A stretch of DNA of 64,000 nt from Sphyrna mokarran (Eukaryota), in assembly GCA_024679065.1 (NCBI GenBank), contig JAGIQG010000016.1, positions 2,046,001 through 2,110,000 of the forward strand, in the 5' to 3' direction. The notes beneath the pieces are model-generated. The model did not search any database. It saw only the letters and a program-made list of their open reading frames with translations, and had not been told where the DNA came from. Within the stretch, counting starts at the first letter, position 1. Each line of letters starts with the position of its first letter. Positions 36,601-50,200 of the stretch are shown in pieces. A program made the translations under genes and the position numbers.

Positions 36601-37351
36601 GTACAGAACCAGTGAAGCCTATAGTGACATTAGGATGTATTAAAAAACTTCATAAAAATTATTCATTGATAACTTACTATTTCATTAAAATTATCATTTT
36701 TAGTAAAGGTCAATAAATGTGTAGTCATTAAGACTTGTTAAAGCATCAACAGCTGAAACTGCAAGCACTTGAACCCTTTTAACCCTGAGTAAGTCGACAT
36801 TGTGAAATTGACAAAAGATCAGGCAGCCGGAGCTGTCAATCAAGCAATGTTTTCTTTGGGATTCTCGTGTGTCAGTAGTCTAATATATTTCTGACTCTCA
36901 GCCAAACATACATGATGAGACTAGGCGGAGAGCGCAGATATCTATGAGAGACCATTTGTCCTTTATGTGTTTCTCCAGCTTTTCTCTTATGTATCAATGT
37001 TATTTACCTCAACTACTCCCTGTGGGAGAAGAATCTCTGTTCTTACCGCTCTGAAACTTAAAGAAGTTTCTCCTGAATCCCCTACTGAATTTATTAATGA
37101 TTGTCACAAATAGTTGACTCCAAGTTCTGGTCTCCCTCCCCGCAGCACGCCCCCAACACCCCCCCACCCCCCCTCCCCACACCCCCCCTCCCCCCCCCAC
37201 ACCCCCCCACCACACACACAAATGGAAACATCCTCTTCATATTGATTCTATCAAAACCCTTCTATAATCCTGAAGACCCCACCCCACCCTGTGCTGTCTC
37301 CAGTGCCTGCCCCAATGTCGGGAAGATGTTCTCCCCTTGCCAATAACTCAC

Positions 37352-37443
37352 CGATCAAAGCTTCCTGGGCAAAGTACTTGACGTCAATGTCCTGATCACG
37401 GCTTAGTCTATCCAGAACGGGCTTGACTTCATTATGTAAGGGG
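37352..37443 (-). CDS. PPP2R1A: PP2A scaffold A subunit, exon 14
   Basis: 92 bp; [30 protein letters not shown]. Confidence 0.93.
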
Positions 37444-37759
37444 CTGAAAAACAACAGAGAGGGAAGAAACTATTAGCCTCACAGGAAGACAGGAAAATAA
37501 CAGACACTCAGACACTGCTCACTGTCATAATCTGTGTACCCTTCAACAGACTGCTTCCTGAACCTTGTGAGATCGCCCACAGATCCAAAATCAAAGGTCT
37601 TTAACATCAGCAAGTTCTTATCCGATCACACTCGAAATGCTACCTCTGTTTTTCTCTCTCTCTCTCCACACACACACTGCAAGACCCACTGAGTTTCCCC
37701 AGCACTTTCTGTTTGATGTCAGATTTCCAGCATCCGTGATTCATTATCACTGAACACAA

Positions 37760-38232
37760 AATTTCTATTTCTCCAGTGCCCCTCCGAACTCAAGACATCC
37801 CAAAGCCTGATACCGCCAAGGAAGGGTTTGCTTCAAAGTCTTGTCACCAGTAATGCAGGAAATGTGGCAGCCAATTGGTGCACGATCACACACACAGCCT
37901 TGAGATAATGGCCTGGATCAGATTGTTATTACTGGTGTTGGGAACTGAACGTGGATTGGGTTTAATATTTCATTAACAGGCAGCACATCTGACAGTGCGG
38001 CACTCTCTCAGCACTGACCCTCTGATAGTGTGGCACTCCCTCAGCACTGACCCTCCGACAGTGCGGCACTCCTTCAGCACTGACCCTCCGACAGTGCGGC
38101 ACTCCTTCAGCACTGACCCTCCGACAGTGCGGCACTCCCTCAGCACTGACCCTCCGACAGTGCGGCACTCCCTCAGCACTGACCCTCTGACAGTGCGGCA
38201 CTCCCTCAGCACTGACCCTCCGACAGTGCAGT
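37760..38232 (-). mobile_element. Deu-domain SINE with internal 33-bp minisatellite expansion (37990-38230)
   Basis: Array runs into CATTATCTC...GTGCACCAATTGGCTGCCACATTTCCTGCATTAC...GCTTTGGGATGTC on the minus strand. Confidence 0.75.
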
Positions 38233-39319
38233 GGAGGGTGTAATAAAAACAAGAATTACTGGATAGTCTCAGCATCAGGCCAGTTGGGAGTATTGCTGTG
38301 GATTGTGTGGGGGCAGGGCTAAGGGTTCCTGATGGTGAATCAGAGCCAGTGTGACTGAGGACACAATGGCAGTGAAGAGTGGGAGCAGCTGGGATTGACG
38401 GACTATGAGAGACCAGAAGGCGGGCAAGGGGAGCACTGCATCCCATCGGAACAAGTGGTGCCTTGCTGGCCTCACTCTGTCCACCCGTGTTCAAATGCCA
38501 CTGCAGCGAAATCCAATTAGGAATTCTCAAATTAATCTCAGCGACAGTGACCACGACTACGATTGATTGCTGTAAAAACCCAGCTGGTTCACCGTGGTTG
38601 TTTTGGGAGGGAATCTGCCATCCTTACCTGGTCTGCCCTACATCCTGGGCCCAAATAGGGAAATGACTTGAGGGCCGCTGTGGGAGAACGGCCATAGGTG
38701 AGGTTCAGTCTGAGAAGGCCGAATGGCCTCCGCCTGCGCTGTTTGCAATCCCAGTGACTGAGAAGGAACATGCGCAGTTACCGAGCAAAGCAGTAAAGGA
38801 GACAACTTTACTCAGGATGCTCTTAAACTGTACACCAAACAGAAACGCGTTCTCCCTTTAAACAGAAGATGAGGCAGGGACGGGGGTGGGGAATGGGGCA
38901 GGGGGATGGGACAGGGGGAGGGTTCAGGGCGATAGGGAATATCTGAGTGATGGGGAGGAGGCAGGAATGGAGAGAGTAGGGGAATAGGACAGGGGGATGG
39001 TATAGGGAGGTTGAGGCAGGAGGATGGGGAGGTGTTCGGGCAGGAGGAGGGTTCAGGGGGACGGGGTATGTCTGAGTGATGGAGAGGAGGCAGGGGAATG
39101 GGGCAGGGGGATAGTATGGGGAAGTTGAGGCAGAGGGATGGAGAGATGTTGGGTATGAGGAGGATTCAGGGGGATGGGATAGGTCTGAGGGATGGAGAAG
39201 GGGCAGGGGCAGGTCTGAGGGATGGGGAGGGGTCAGGAGGATGGAGTTGGGGGGAGGGGGGGGTTTGCAAGGTTGCTGGGGAGTGGCTGGAATTGTTCAG
39301 TTCAGAGCTGTCCACTTGC

Positions 39320-39462
39320 TTGTAATCCAGGATGGGACCGATCCTCTGCAGTGTTTTGGCGACATTGAATCGCACGTTCGCCACTGGGTCACTCCCCATC
39401 CGCAGGATAGTGGGCAGCATGATCTTGGTGGTGATGTCCTTTCCGCACACGTCGTACAGAGC
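39320..39462 (-). CDS. PPP2R1A: PP2A scaffold A subunit, exon 13 (GC donor)
   Basis: 143 bp; [17 protein letters not shown]...[12 protein letters not shown]; donor AA|GCAAGT. Confidence 0.92.
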
Positions 39463-39944
39463 CTGGGGAGAAGGCGGGGGGGTGGGGGTTTGAGATGGGG
39501 AGGGGAACGGGAGTGGGGTTGTGAGAAGAGATTGAGAGATACATTCAAAAGATGTTCCTAAAGCAACAGCAGAAATGTGGAAGCTAATCTGCAAACAGCA
39601 AGATCCCACAAACAGCAGCAGATTCCATGATCCAGTTGATCCGTTTCTGCAGATGCCAGCACTCAGTCTCAGCATCTCTCCACTGAACATATACAAGTAC
39701 TATAGGAGCAGGAGGAGGCCATTCAGCCCCTTGAGTCTGCTCCATCATTGAGTATGATCATACCTAATCTCATTGTAATCTCAACTCTACTTTCCTGCCC
39801 ATTCCCCATAACCCTTCCACCCCATTAGTGACTAAATATCTGTCTAACTCCTCCTTAAATTTACTCAGTGTCTCGGCATCCATCGCACTCCAGGGCAGTG
39901 AATTCCAGACTCACCAGCCTTTGAGAAAAACAGTTTCTCCTCAC

Positions 39945-40225
39945 AGAATCATAGAATAGAACCATTGAATCCCTCCAGTGCAGAAGGAGGCCACACTCCC
40001 ATCCTGGCCTATCCTGAGAACGCCACATATTTCCCCTATTAATCCCTTTGATACTCGGGGCAGTTTATCATGGCCAATCCATCTAACCCACACATCTCTG
40101 GGCTCCTGGAGGAAACCCATGCAGACATGGGCAGAACGTGCAAACACCATACAGGCAGTGACCCAAGCCAGAATTGAACCCGGTCCCTGGCACTGTGGTA
40201 GCAGTGCTAACCACTGTGCTGCCCT
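39945..40225 (-). mobile_element. HE1-like tRNA-derived V-SINE
   Basis: Minus strand has A/B-box head GCAGCACAGTGGTTAGCACTGCT...GGTTCAATTC and a TTCTATG tail. Confidence 0.8.
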
Positions 40226-40680
40226 ATTTCAGTTGCAGATCTGCCACCCCACAGGATCTTTAATTCCCCAATTGGGGTGGGGGGTGGGGGGTGTGGTGAC
40301 GGGAATGGGGGGGGGTGGGTGGCAACATCTCCAATCTCAGGAATCAGTGACAAAATAAATAAAACTGAGAACAAGACCCGGGTGGATGCAAAAAATGCCA
40401 CATTTGGAAAGATAGTTGTGCAAAGGGGAGAGCGCTCCCCTCCCAACGTCCTGGGACCAATCTCTCTGCCAACATCATTAAAGAAAACTAAAATAACCTG
40501 CAGCATTATCACATTGCTGTTTGTGGGATCTTGCTGTGCATACACTGGTTGTCAGATTTCCCGCATTATAACCACAACCATATTTTAAAATAGTATAGAA
40601 TGTTTTCAGATTTTCTCACCATGCTCACTCTGCAGTGTCATCTTAGATAAAGAGTCTCAGTCCGAGGGGATGGGACTCTA

Positions 40681-41742
40681 TGTCATGATATTCTGAATCT
40701 GAGACTGGACAGAGAGACAGAGAGGGGTCAGAGACAAAGAGAGACAGAGACAGACTGACAGAATGACAGAGACATAGAGGAGAGTAAGACAAACAGAGAG
40801 GGACTGAAAGAGAAAGTGAGAGAGGATAGGAGTGGGTGTGACTACGTGTCTTAAAGACGTTACTGCGTCTGTAAGGTTTTTTTAAAATCTGCAGTTGTAA
40901 GCAGACCTTTTCAGTCTTTTTCTCATTGTTGTCGGGCTGTCTGCTAGAAGTCTTTTGTTGTTCCTTCTATGGCTTAAATGGGTTGTTGTTTACTTTTATT
41001 CTGGGCCTCGGATTTTTCTGGGGTCAGTTTTATGACCCTGCATTGTTAAGTGACATTGACAGGTCATATGTTTATTGTTTTTACTTCCTAGTGAATTTAG
41101 GGATTCACTTTTAATTTTTTTGCAGCAGCAGCTTTAGTTTAGAAGGGGGTGTCATCAGGTGGAAAGCAGTGTTTTTTTCTCTCTCTCTCTCTCCCCCTGG
41201 TATTATGGAGCCTGCTGGCTACCTGAAAACAGGTCTCCTTGTGTTCCTGGAGTGGAACCTGCCTTTGTGGCTGGCTTATCTTGAGTCTCTCTCTCTCTCT
41301 TTCTGGTGTTTTGGGAAGCTCTTCAACCTGCACTGGGTGTATGTCAAGAAGGCTGCTAGAAGTTACACGGTTGGGAAGTCAGGGTTTCAATTCTCCACCC
41401 AAAGGACTAAGTTCCAGTATCTCATGAGCATTTGTATTTGCTGTGTTAAACCTATGGCAAAGATTTTGTTTGAGATTTGTTTGATTGGAACATTTCCTAC
41501 TTTCATTAAGGGTTATCTGAAATTGTGGTTTTTTTTGTTTGTAATTGGTAAAAGTTATTGCCAATTTTTATACATGTTAACAATACTCTTGAGCTTTGTT
41601 TAATAAAAGCTCCCTCGTGGGTCATTTGAATCATACCTGAAGTGAAACATATCATGCTTATCCTAGCCAAATTCAAATTGCAAATCTTATGATCCAGGCG
41701 AACTTCATGAAACATTTTGGAGTTTCTGACCTGAATTATAAT
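40681..41742 (+). mobile_element. Possible decayed solo LTR
   Basis: Starts TGTCATG, AATAAA near 41602, ends ATAATA (ACA expected); no TSD found. Confidence 0.3.
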
Positions 41743-41749
41743 AAGAGAG

Positions 41750-42526
41750 AAAGAAAGGGAGATCAAGAAAGTGAGCGAGAGGAGGTGGAGGGAGAGGGGG
41801 ATGGGGGGGACGGTAAGTGAGAAAGCCAGAGAGATACAGTGTCAGACAGTAAGAGAGAGAAAGAGACAGAGAGTGAGAGGGTCAGAAAGAGACAGAAACA
41901 AAGAGACACGGAGTGATACAGAGGATGCAACTTCCCCATCCACTACAGGAATCGTAGTGGGAGGATGCTCCATTTAAAGGTCCATTGACCTCAGGTGGGG
42001 TTTTCCAGTCTCGGGGCAAATGAGGTCAGAAACATCAAATCCAGAAAGCGAGAGGAGAGTGAGACAAAAAGAGAAATCCTGAGAAACAAAGTGAGCGAGT
42101 CAGAGTGAGAAAGACTGAGACCCGAGTGATTGAGACAGAGTGAGAAAGACAGAGACAGAGTGAGTGATGCAGGAAGAGAAAGATGGAGAGACAGAGTGAG
42201 CAAGGCAGGAAGAGGAAGACTGATAGAAAAAGATTGAGACACGGAGGGAAAGAGACTAAGAGACAGAGATAGACATATATACAGAGACACAGAGAAAGAG
42301 ACAGAGTGGGAGTGAGATAGACAAAAACAGAGACAGAAGCATAGATAGAGAGAAAAATAGAGGGGGACAGAGAGAAGTAGAGGGAGAGACAGAACGGAAG
42401 ACAGAGAAAGACAGAGAGCCAGAATGAGAGAGAAAAAGAGAAGGAAACGGAGAGAGAGAGACAGATAGACAGACAGAGAGAGAGAGAGAGACAGAGGCAG
42501 GGAGGGAGAGACCGAGAGAGACAGAT

Positions 42527-42557
<31 letters not shown>

Positions 42558-42675
42558 GAGAGACGCACACAGAGGCAGAGAGGGAGAGATAGAGAGGGAG
42601 ACACAGACAGAGAGATAGAGACTGACAGAAAGAGACACATAGACAGAGGCAGGGAGGGAGAGAGAGAGAGACAAA
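41750..42675. repeat. (GA)/(GACA)-rich simple repeat
   Basis: Low complexity; source of Ser/Leu-rich spurious ORFs. Confidence 0.95.
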
Positions 42676-42769
42676 AGACAACATCTTCAATCTGCTGAAT
42701 AATGTCTCCCTCTGATGGGCATGATGAGATGTGAATGTCACAGAGAAATGCAGCATGCAAATAGGCCAT

Positions 42770-43250
42770 GTCAAAACCAACACTTATTGCCCATCTTTCT
42801 GAACCACTGTAGTCTGTACAGGTAGGTACACCCACAGTGCTGTTAGTCCCAAAAGATTCACCCAGCGACAGTGAAGGAACAACTGATATATTTCCCAATC
42901 GGGATGGTGAGTGACTCGGAGGGGAACCTCCAGTGGGGGTGTTCCCAGGTATCTGCTGTCCTTGCCCTTCTAGATGGTAGAGATGGTGGGTTTGGAAGGT
43001 GCTGCCTAAGGAGCCTTGGTGAGTTACTGCAGGGCATCTTGTAGATGGTACACACGGCTGTCACTGTGCATCGGGGTTGGAGGGAGTGAGTGTTTGGGGT
43101 TAGTGTGTCGATCGAGCGGGGCTGTTTTGTCCTGGAAGGTGTCAAACTTCTTGAGTTGTTGTTGGAGTTGCACCATCCAGGCAAGTGGGGAGTACTCCAT
43201 CACACACCTGACTTGTGTCCTTGTAAGTGGTGGACAGGCTTTGGGGAGCC
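42770..43250 (-). mobile_element. CR1/L2-group LINE 3' fragment
   Basis: QVRCVMEYSPLAW...KKFDTFQDK; same family at 51690-52370 (+) and 21540-21830 (+). Confidence 0.7.
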
Positions 43251-44448
43251 CCGCGTTGAGGTACACTCCGCAGGAGCCCCGCGTTGAGTTACACTCCGCA
43301 GAATTCACAGCCTCTGATTCGCTGTTAGACACTATAGGGCCCAGTTTGAGTTGTCGGCAACAGAGTCAGTACTGAGTAAACCAGCAGATGTGGCCTCAGC
43401 CATTTCACAGTTTTCCACACAAAGTGCTGGAGAAAAGCTGTTCCAGATTCAGGGGACTGGGGCAATGGACTGCCACAGGTTGGTTCACAGAGAGGAAATC
43501 AAGCAGCAAACACAGGGACATTTTCAGGGTTGGCAGACTGCAAGTGCTGGAGTGTCAGTGAGACTTTGATTCTTGCATAATTAATTTTATAATTATATCA
43601 ACAACTTGGGTTCAGCCACACGGCCTCTACAAACGTATGGGCGGGAAGTAGACAGTGCTATCATGGCGTGATTGCTGGACTGGTGACACAAGCGCCCAGG
43701 TAAATGATCGGGGAAGCCAATACAGGTTCAAGTCTCATCACGTCGGCTATTTAAATTCAATTAATTTATTTTTATTTATTCATGGCATGTAACCATCCCT
43801 GTGCATTTATTGCCCATTATTAATTGGCCTTTGACTGAGTGTCTCACTCAGAGGGCAGTCGAGAGTCGACCACATTGACCTGGGGTCACGTGTAGGCCAG
43901 ACTGGGTAAGGAAGGCAGAATTCCTTCCCTAAAGGACATTACTGAACCATATGGATTTTTCCAATAATCAACAATGATTTCACGGTCATTGGTAGATCCT
44001 TTATTCCAGATTTATCACAAAATTCGAATTTTATCACCCATTGTGGTGGGAATAGAATATTGTGGAATCATAAAGCTAACCTCAGCAACTGGGATCATGA
44101 AGCTATCATTCGATTGTCGGAAAAACCCATTTGGTTTCCTTTAGGGAAGGGAATCTGCCATCCTTACCTGGTCTGGCCTACATGTGACTCCACAGCCACA
44201 GCAGTATGGTTGACTCTCGATCACCTTCTCTTGAAATGGCCGAGGCTCCTCTGTTACTGGAGGAACTGCAGAGATTCAGGAAAGTGGCTCACCATCACAT
44301 TTTCAAAGGGGAAATTAGAGATGGGCAATAAGAATGCTGATCTATCCAGTAACGTCCATGAGAATGGGGGGAAGATGGGGAATGGGGAGAAGTTAGTGGG
44401 AGGAGGGAAAGGAGGAGGGTAACAACCCGGTCCATAGTAGAAACTTAC

Positions 44449-44603
44449 ATTGACACAGAAGAGAGTGGTCATCCTGTGCAGGTAGTTGGGATTACTGGAC
44501 ATCGCGAGGACCTTGGGGATGATAATGTTCTGGGCCCAAACTTTACCAAACTTCTGAGTGAGCTTCTTCAGATTGTTGGTGGCCGCTTCACGAACAGCAA
44601 AGA
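44449..44603 (-). CDS. PPP2R1A: PP2A scaffold A subunit, exon 12
   Basis: 155 bp; [14 protein letters not shown]...[13 protein letters not shown]. Confidence 0.95.
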
Positions 44604-44969
44604 CTGAAGGAGGGGGAGAAAAGGAAAGAGTCACTAACTCAGCGGGACAGTCAGACTGCAGCCCACCCCCCCGCCAACCCCTCACCATACCACACTCTCA
44701 TCAGCGCAACTTCTAAGTAAACATCAGAGCTCTATCTTGAAAGCAACATCAAGCAATGTAACTCAGTTCCACTGAATCTATTACCTCAGTACCATAGCTC
44801 AGAGACAGACCATTCAGCCCATCTTTCCCAAGCTGGTTTTCATGCTCCACAAGAGCCTTTGCCCACCCCTTTCTATTTCACCCCTCCCATCTCCATATCC
44901 TTCTATTCCTCTCTCCATCAGGCATTTATCCAGCTTCCCCCCATAAACACATCACTACTATTCACATTA

Positions 44970-45292
44970 ACCGCTCCCCGTGGGAGCGAGTCCCACATTC
45001 TCCCCCCACCTTCCTGTGGGAGCAAGTCCCACATTCTCCCCCCACCTCCCTGTGGGAGCAAGTCCCACATTCTCCCCACTCCCCGTGGGAGCAAGTCCCA
45101 CATTCTTCCCCCACCTCCCTGTGGGAGCAAGTCCCACATTCTCCCCACTCCCCATGGGAGCAAGTCCCACATTCTTCCTCCACCTCCCCGTGGGAGCGAG
45201 TCCCACATTCTCCCCCCACTCCCTGAGGGAGCAAGTCCCACATTCTTCCCCCACCTCCCTGTGGGAGCGAGTCCCACATTCTCCCCACTCCC
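44970..45292. repeat. 34-37-bp minisatellite (CCCCGTGGGAGCRAGTCCCACATTCTCCCCCACT)
   Basis: About 9 units; same family as 62755-63200. Confidence 0.92.
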
Positions 45293-45299
45293 CTTACAA

Positions 45300-46290
45300 G
45301 GTATTGCATGGTAGTTTGTTACATAATACTAAATCTCATGGAATTCAGGGTGAGGTAGCCAAACGGATACAAAATTGGCTTGACGACAGAAGCCAGAAGG
45401 TGGTTGTAGAGAATTGTTTTTCAAACTGGAGGCCTGTGACTAATGGTGTGTCTCAGGGATCAATGCTGGGTCCACTGTTATTTGTCATTTATATTAATGA
45501 TTTGGATAATATAGGAGGCATGGTTAGTAAATTTATAGATGACGCCAAGATTGGTGGCATAGTGAACAGTGAAGAAAGTTATCTCAGATTGCAACAGGAT
45601 CTTGCTCAATTGGGCCAGTGAACTGACGAATGGCAGATGGAGTTTAATTTAGATAAATGTGAGGTGATGCATTTTGGTCGATTGAACCAGGGCAGGGCTT
45701 ACTCAGTTAATGGTAGGGTGTTGGGGAGAATTACTGAACAAAGAGACCTAGGGGTACATGTTCATAGCTCCTTAAAAGTGGAGTCACAGGTGGACAGAGT
45801 GGTGAAGAAGGCATTCAGCATGCTTGGTTTCATCGGTCAGAATGTCAAATACAGGAGTTGGGGCGTCTTGTTGAAGTTGTACAAGACATTGGTAAGGCCG
45901 CACTTGGAATACTGTGTAGTTTCAGTCATCCTATTATAGAAAGGATATTATTAAACTAGAAAGAGTGCAGAAAAGATTTACTAGGATGCTAACGGGATTT
46001 GATGAATTGAGTTATAAGGAGAGGCTGGATAGACGGAGACATTTTCCCTCTGGAGCATAGGAGGCTGAGGGGTGATTTTATAGAGGTCTATAAAATAACC
46101 ATAGTCCATATCTTTTCCCAAAGTTGTGGGGGTCTAAAACTAGAGGACATAGGTTTAAGGTAAGAGGAGAGATACAATAGGGTCCAAAGGGGCAATTTTT
46201 TCAGAGGATGGTATCTGGAACAAGCTTCCAGAGGTAGTAGTTGAAGCAGGTACACTTTTGTCTTTTAAAAAGCATTTGGACAGTGACATG
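45300..46290 (+). mobile_element. CR1 LINE RT 3' fragment
   Basis: GVSQGSMLGPLLFVIYINDLD...KFIDDAK; LYKTLVRPHLEYC. Confidence 0.9.
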
Positions 46291-47967
46291 AATAAGATTA
46301 AAAGAGAAAACGCTGGAAAATCTACGCAGATCTGGCAGCATCTATAAGGAGAGAAAAGAGCTGATGTTTCAAGTCCAGATGAGCTTACGTCAAAGCTGTG
46401 GAGTTTAGGAGAATGAGAGGTGATCTTATTGAAAGCTGTTGCAGGGGATTTGGGGGAATGGACACTGAGAAATTGTTTCTGCTAGTCAGAGAATGAAAAA
46501 TACAGAGGATGGGGGAGGGTGGGTGAGACAGTTTCAGGAGAAGGGGGCAGCCATTTAGGACTGAGATGAGAAGAAATGTCTGCATTCAAAGGGTGGTGGA
46601 AATCTCTCCCCCTGAGAGTTGTGGGAGCTCCAGCGAGGAGTATATTTGAAGTTGGCTAAGATGGGTTTTTGATGTCTTGGGGATTATGGGATATGGGGAG
46701 TGGGCAGGAAGTGAGGTCCATGCGTGACCATGATAGTACTGAGTGACAGAGCAGACTCAATGGGCCGAATAGTCAGCTTCTGATCCAACCTCTCATGCTC
46801 TGGAATTCAATGGTATGTGCTGTGTGCTCAGTGATTGGGCCTGGCACAGCTAGTACTAGCAGTCTGTCAGTGACCCTCTCAGACCACACAAGCTCAAGAC
46901 ACACTGTGAGCTGGGAGAAGGATAGTGTCTGAATTCTTGAGGACACAAGGAGGTCAGTGTCATAGTGATTAGACTGAAAGCAGGGAAATGTAACAGGGTA
47001 ATGTGAGGAGATACACTGAGGTAGGAAAAATGTGGAGAGACAATATAAAATAAGGTGACAATTTTGAAAGGGGTGAAGGAGCAGAGGAAGGTGAGTGCAT
47101 CTGTACAGAGATCATTGGAGGGGATTAAGACAGCTGGAAAGAGCAGTTAATAAAGCAGATAATATTCTGGAGTTTATTAATACTGGCACAGAGTAAAAGA
47201 ACAAGATTATATAAAACTCGTATTAAATACTGGTTCACCCTCAACTGGAGCATTGCATCCAGTTCTGGCAATGCATTACATGAAGGATGTGAAGTTAGAG
47301 AGACAGACAGAAAGAGCGCGCCAGACAGGCAGAAAGAGCGCGCCAGACAGGCAGAAAGAGCGCGCCAGACAGAGAGAGCGAGAGAGACAGAAGGAAAGAT
47401 ACAGAGAGAAAAAAAGAGATAGACACAGACAGAGAGAGAGCAATAGAGGGAGAGTGAGAGAAAGTCAAAGAGAGAGAGACAGAGAGCGTGAGAGACACAG
47501 AGACAGAGAGAAATGGAGAGAGACAGGATGCGGAAAAAATTAACAGGAATGGTTCCTGGGATGAGGAGCTTCAGTCCTGAGATGGATGGGAGAAGTTGGG
47601 AATATTCTCCTGGGAGAGGGAGAGGGAGATTTGATGGAGGTGTTCAAAGTCACGAGGGAGCCTCGGACAGAGTGGGGGGAGGGAGGAACTGGCCCCATCG
47701 GCCAGGGTCGGGAGGGTGGAAATCAGGAAGCAGGGAGACAAAGAGGGAAGGTGATTGGACACAGAAGCGAGGGGGACTCGAGGAGAAACTTTTCCACCCT
47801 GTGTGAGTGGTTAGGATCAGGGAATGAATTGAGGGATTCCAAAAGGGAACTGGATTGCAATCTGATCAGAAAGAATGTTCCAGTTCCCGGAGAGAAAGTC
47901 AGGGGCGGCGGGAGGAACTGGATGAAGTCAGAACAGACATGATGGACCTCGGGCAAAATGACCCTCA

Positions 47968-48189
<222 letters not shown>

Positions 48190-48719
48190 TTACTATCCCC
48201 TCCCCACATTATACTGTCAGTCTCTACTGCCCTAGAAATCCAAAACCAAGGAAAAGAAAAATATCTTTACATCACTACAGAAGACATTAAATATTTGTAT
48301 ATCTAACAAGAAAATTCCAACCATCCTGTGAGTTCCAAACTGTTCCCAAACTTTTGACTCTGCTCCCTCATCCGAGACTCTCCCCAATAAGTGTAAATAG
48401 TTTCTCTCTCTCCACCCTGATCCATTCTCTTCTTCCATCAAACCACAATTCATCTCCTGAATTCGAGGAAAGACATCTTTTGAATTCACATGCTATTGCA
48501 ACGTTTCGGCTAAATGTAAGAAGAGGAACTAACTGAGATAACGGCAAACTTTCTTCACTCAGGTTTCACATCAAACAACAAACTGAGGGCCCCTCTCAAA
48601 TGGAGCTATTATCTGGAGTTGCCAGCTTTGGACTGGGGAGGTTGAAGGTCCTGTGCGGTGGAGAAGGCTTGTTCGAACCTGTGCAGTTGAACCAGGCACT
48701 CTACACAAACATCACCCAC

Positions 48720-50200
48720 AATGGCAGCATTGCTGCAACTGCCTCAATACTCAATACCAACAACTGCCAATCTCCAGACACAATTCTACAACTCCGCTGC
48801 ATCCTGGACCATGACGTCTTCTTCACTTCATCAATCAGTTCTTTATCCAGACACACGGTACAGCCATGGGGACCAAATTTGCACCTCAATATGCCAACAT
48901 CTTCATACACAGGGTCCAAGCAAGCCCTCTTCCCCATACAAGACCTTCAACCGATGCTATACATTAAATACATCGATGACATTTACTTCCTTTAGACCCA
49001 TGGTGAGCAATCACTGAAACAACCATATGATGACATCAACAAGTTCCATCCCACCATCAGACTCACCATGTATTACTCTCCAGAATCGGTTGCATTCTTG
49101 GACACACGCATCTCCATCAAGGATGGTCACCTCAGCAGCTCACTGTACCGCAAGCCCACAAATAGTCTCACAATGCTCCACTTCTCCAGCTTCCTCCCCA
49201 AACACATTAAAGAAGCCATCCTCCACGGCCAAGCCCTTTGGATACACAGGATCTGTTCAGATAAGGAAGATCACAACAGACATCTATAGACACTGGAAAG
49301 CGCTCTCGTAAGAACAGGATATGGCACTCAACTCATCAAAAGACCGCACCATCTCAGAAGACAAACATGGGACATGGTGGACACAGTATCCTTTGTCGTC
49401 CAGTACTTCCTGGACTACATCTTCTCCAGAACTTTCAACATCTCATTGGTGGAGATGAACATTTCGCCAAGGCCATCCCCAGACCTCCATTTCTTGCCTT
49501 CAAACAACCTCAAACAGACCATTGTCTACAGCAAACCACCCAGGCTTCAGGAGAACAGTGACCACAACACCACACAACCCTGTCACAGCAACATCTACAA
49601 AACATGCCGGATCATTGACATGGATGCCATCATCTCACACGAGAACACCAGGTACATGGTACATACGCTTGCAAATCGGCCAGTGTTGTCTATCTGATAC
49701 ACTACAGGAAAGGATGTCCTGAAGCATGGTACATTGGGGAGACCATGCAGACACTACAACACCAGATGAATGAACACTGCTCGACAATCACCAGGCAAGA
49801 CTGTTCCCTTCTGTTGGCAAAAACTTGAGCGGTCACGGGCATTCAGCCTCTGATCTTCGGGTAAGCATTCTCCAAGGCGGCCTTCACAACACACGACAGC
49901 GCAGAATCGCTGAGCAGAAACTGACAGCCAAGTTACGCACACATAAGGACAACTTCAACCGGGATCTTGGGTTCATGTCACACTATCTGTAACTCCCATG
50001 ACTTGCCTGGGCTTGCAAAATCTCACTAACTGTCTTGGCTGGAGACAATTTGCATCTGTTTAACCTGTGCTTAATCTTCTCTCCACTCACACTGTCTGCA
50101 CCTGTAAAGACTTGATTACCTGTTAAAACTCTCATTCCAATCATTATCTTGTCATTGTGTTTGTGTCTGTTATTGCCCTGTTTGTGAACCAAACACCTTC
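48720..50200 (+). mobile_element. Penelope-like element, decayed RT plus GIY-YIG endonuclease
   Basis: YIDDIYF, FLDTRI...LYRKPT, IHRICS, WYIGET motifs across frames. Confidence 0.88.

Noticed and set aside
41991-42898. Ser/Leu-rich membrane-protein-like ORFs (also 54181-54882)
   Set aside because: (GA)n simple-repeat artefacts.
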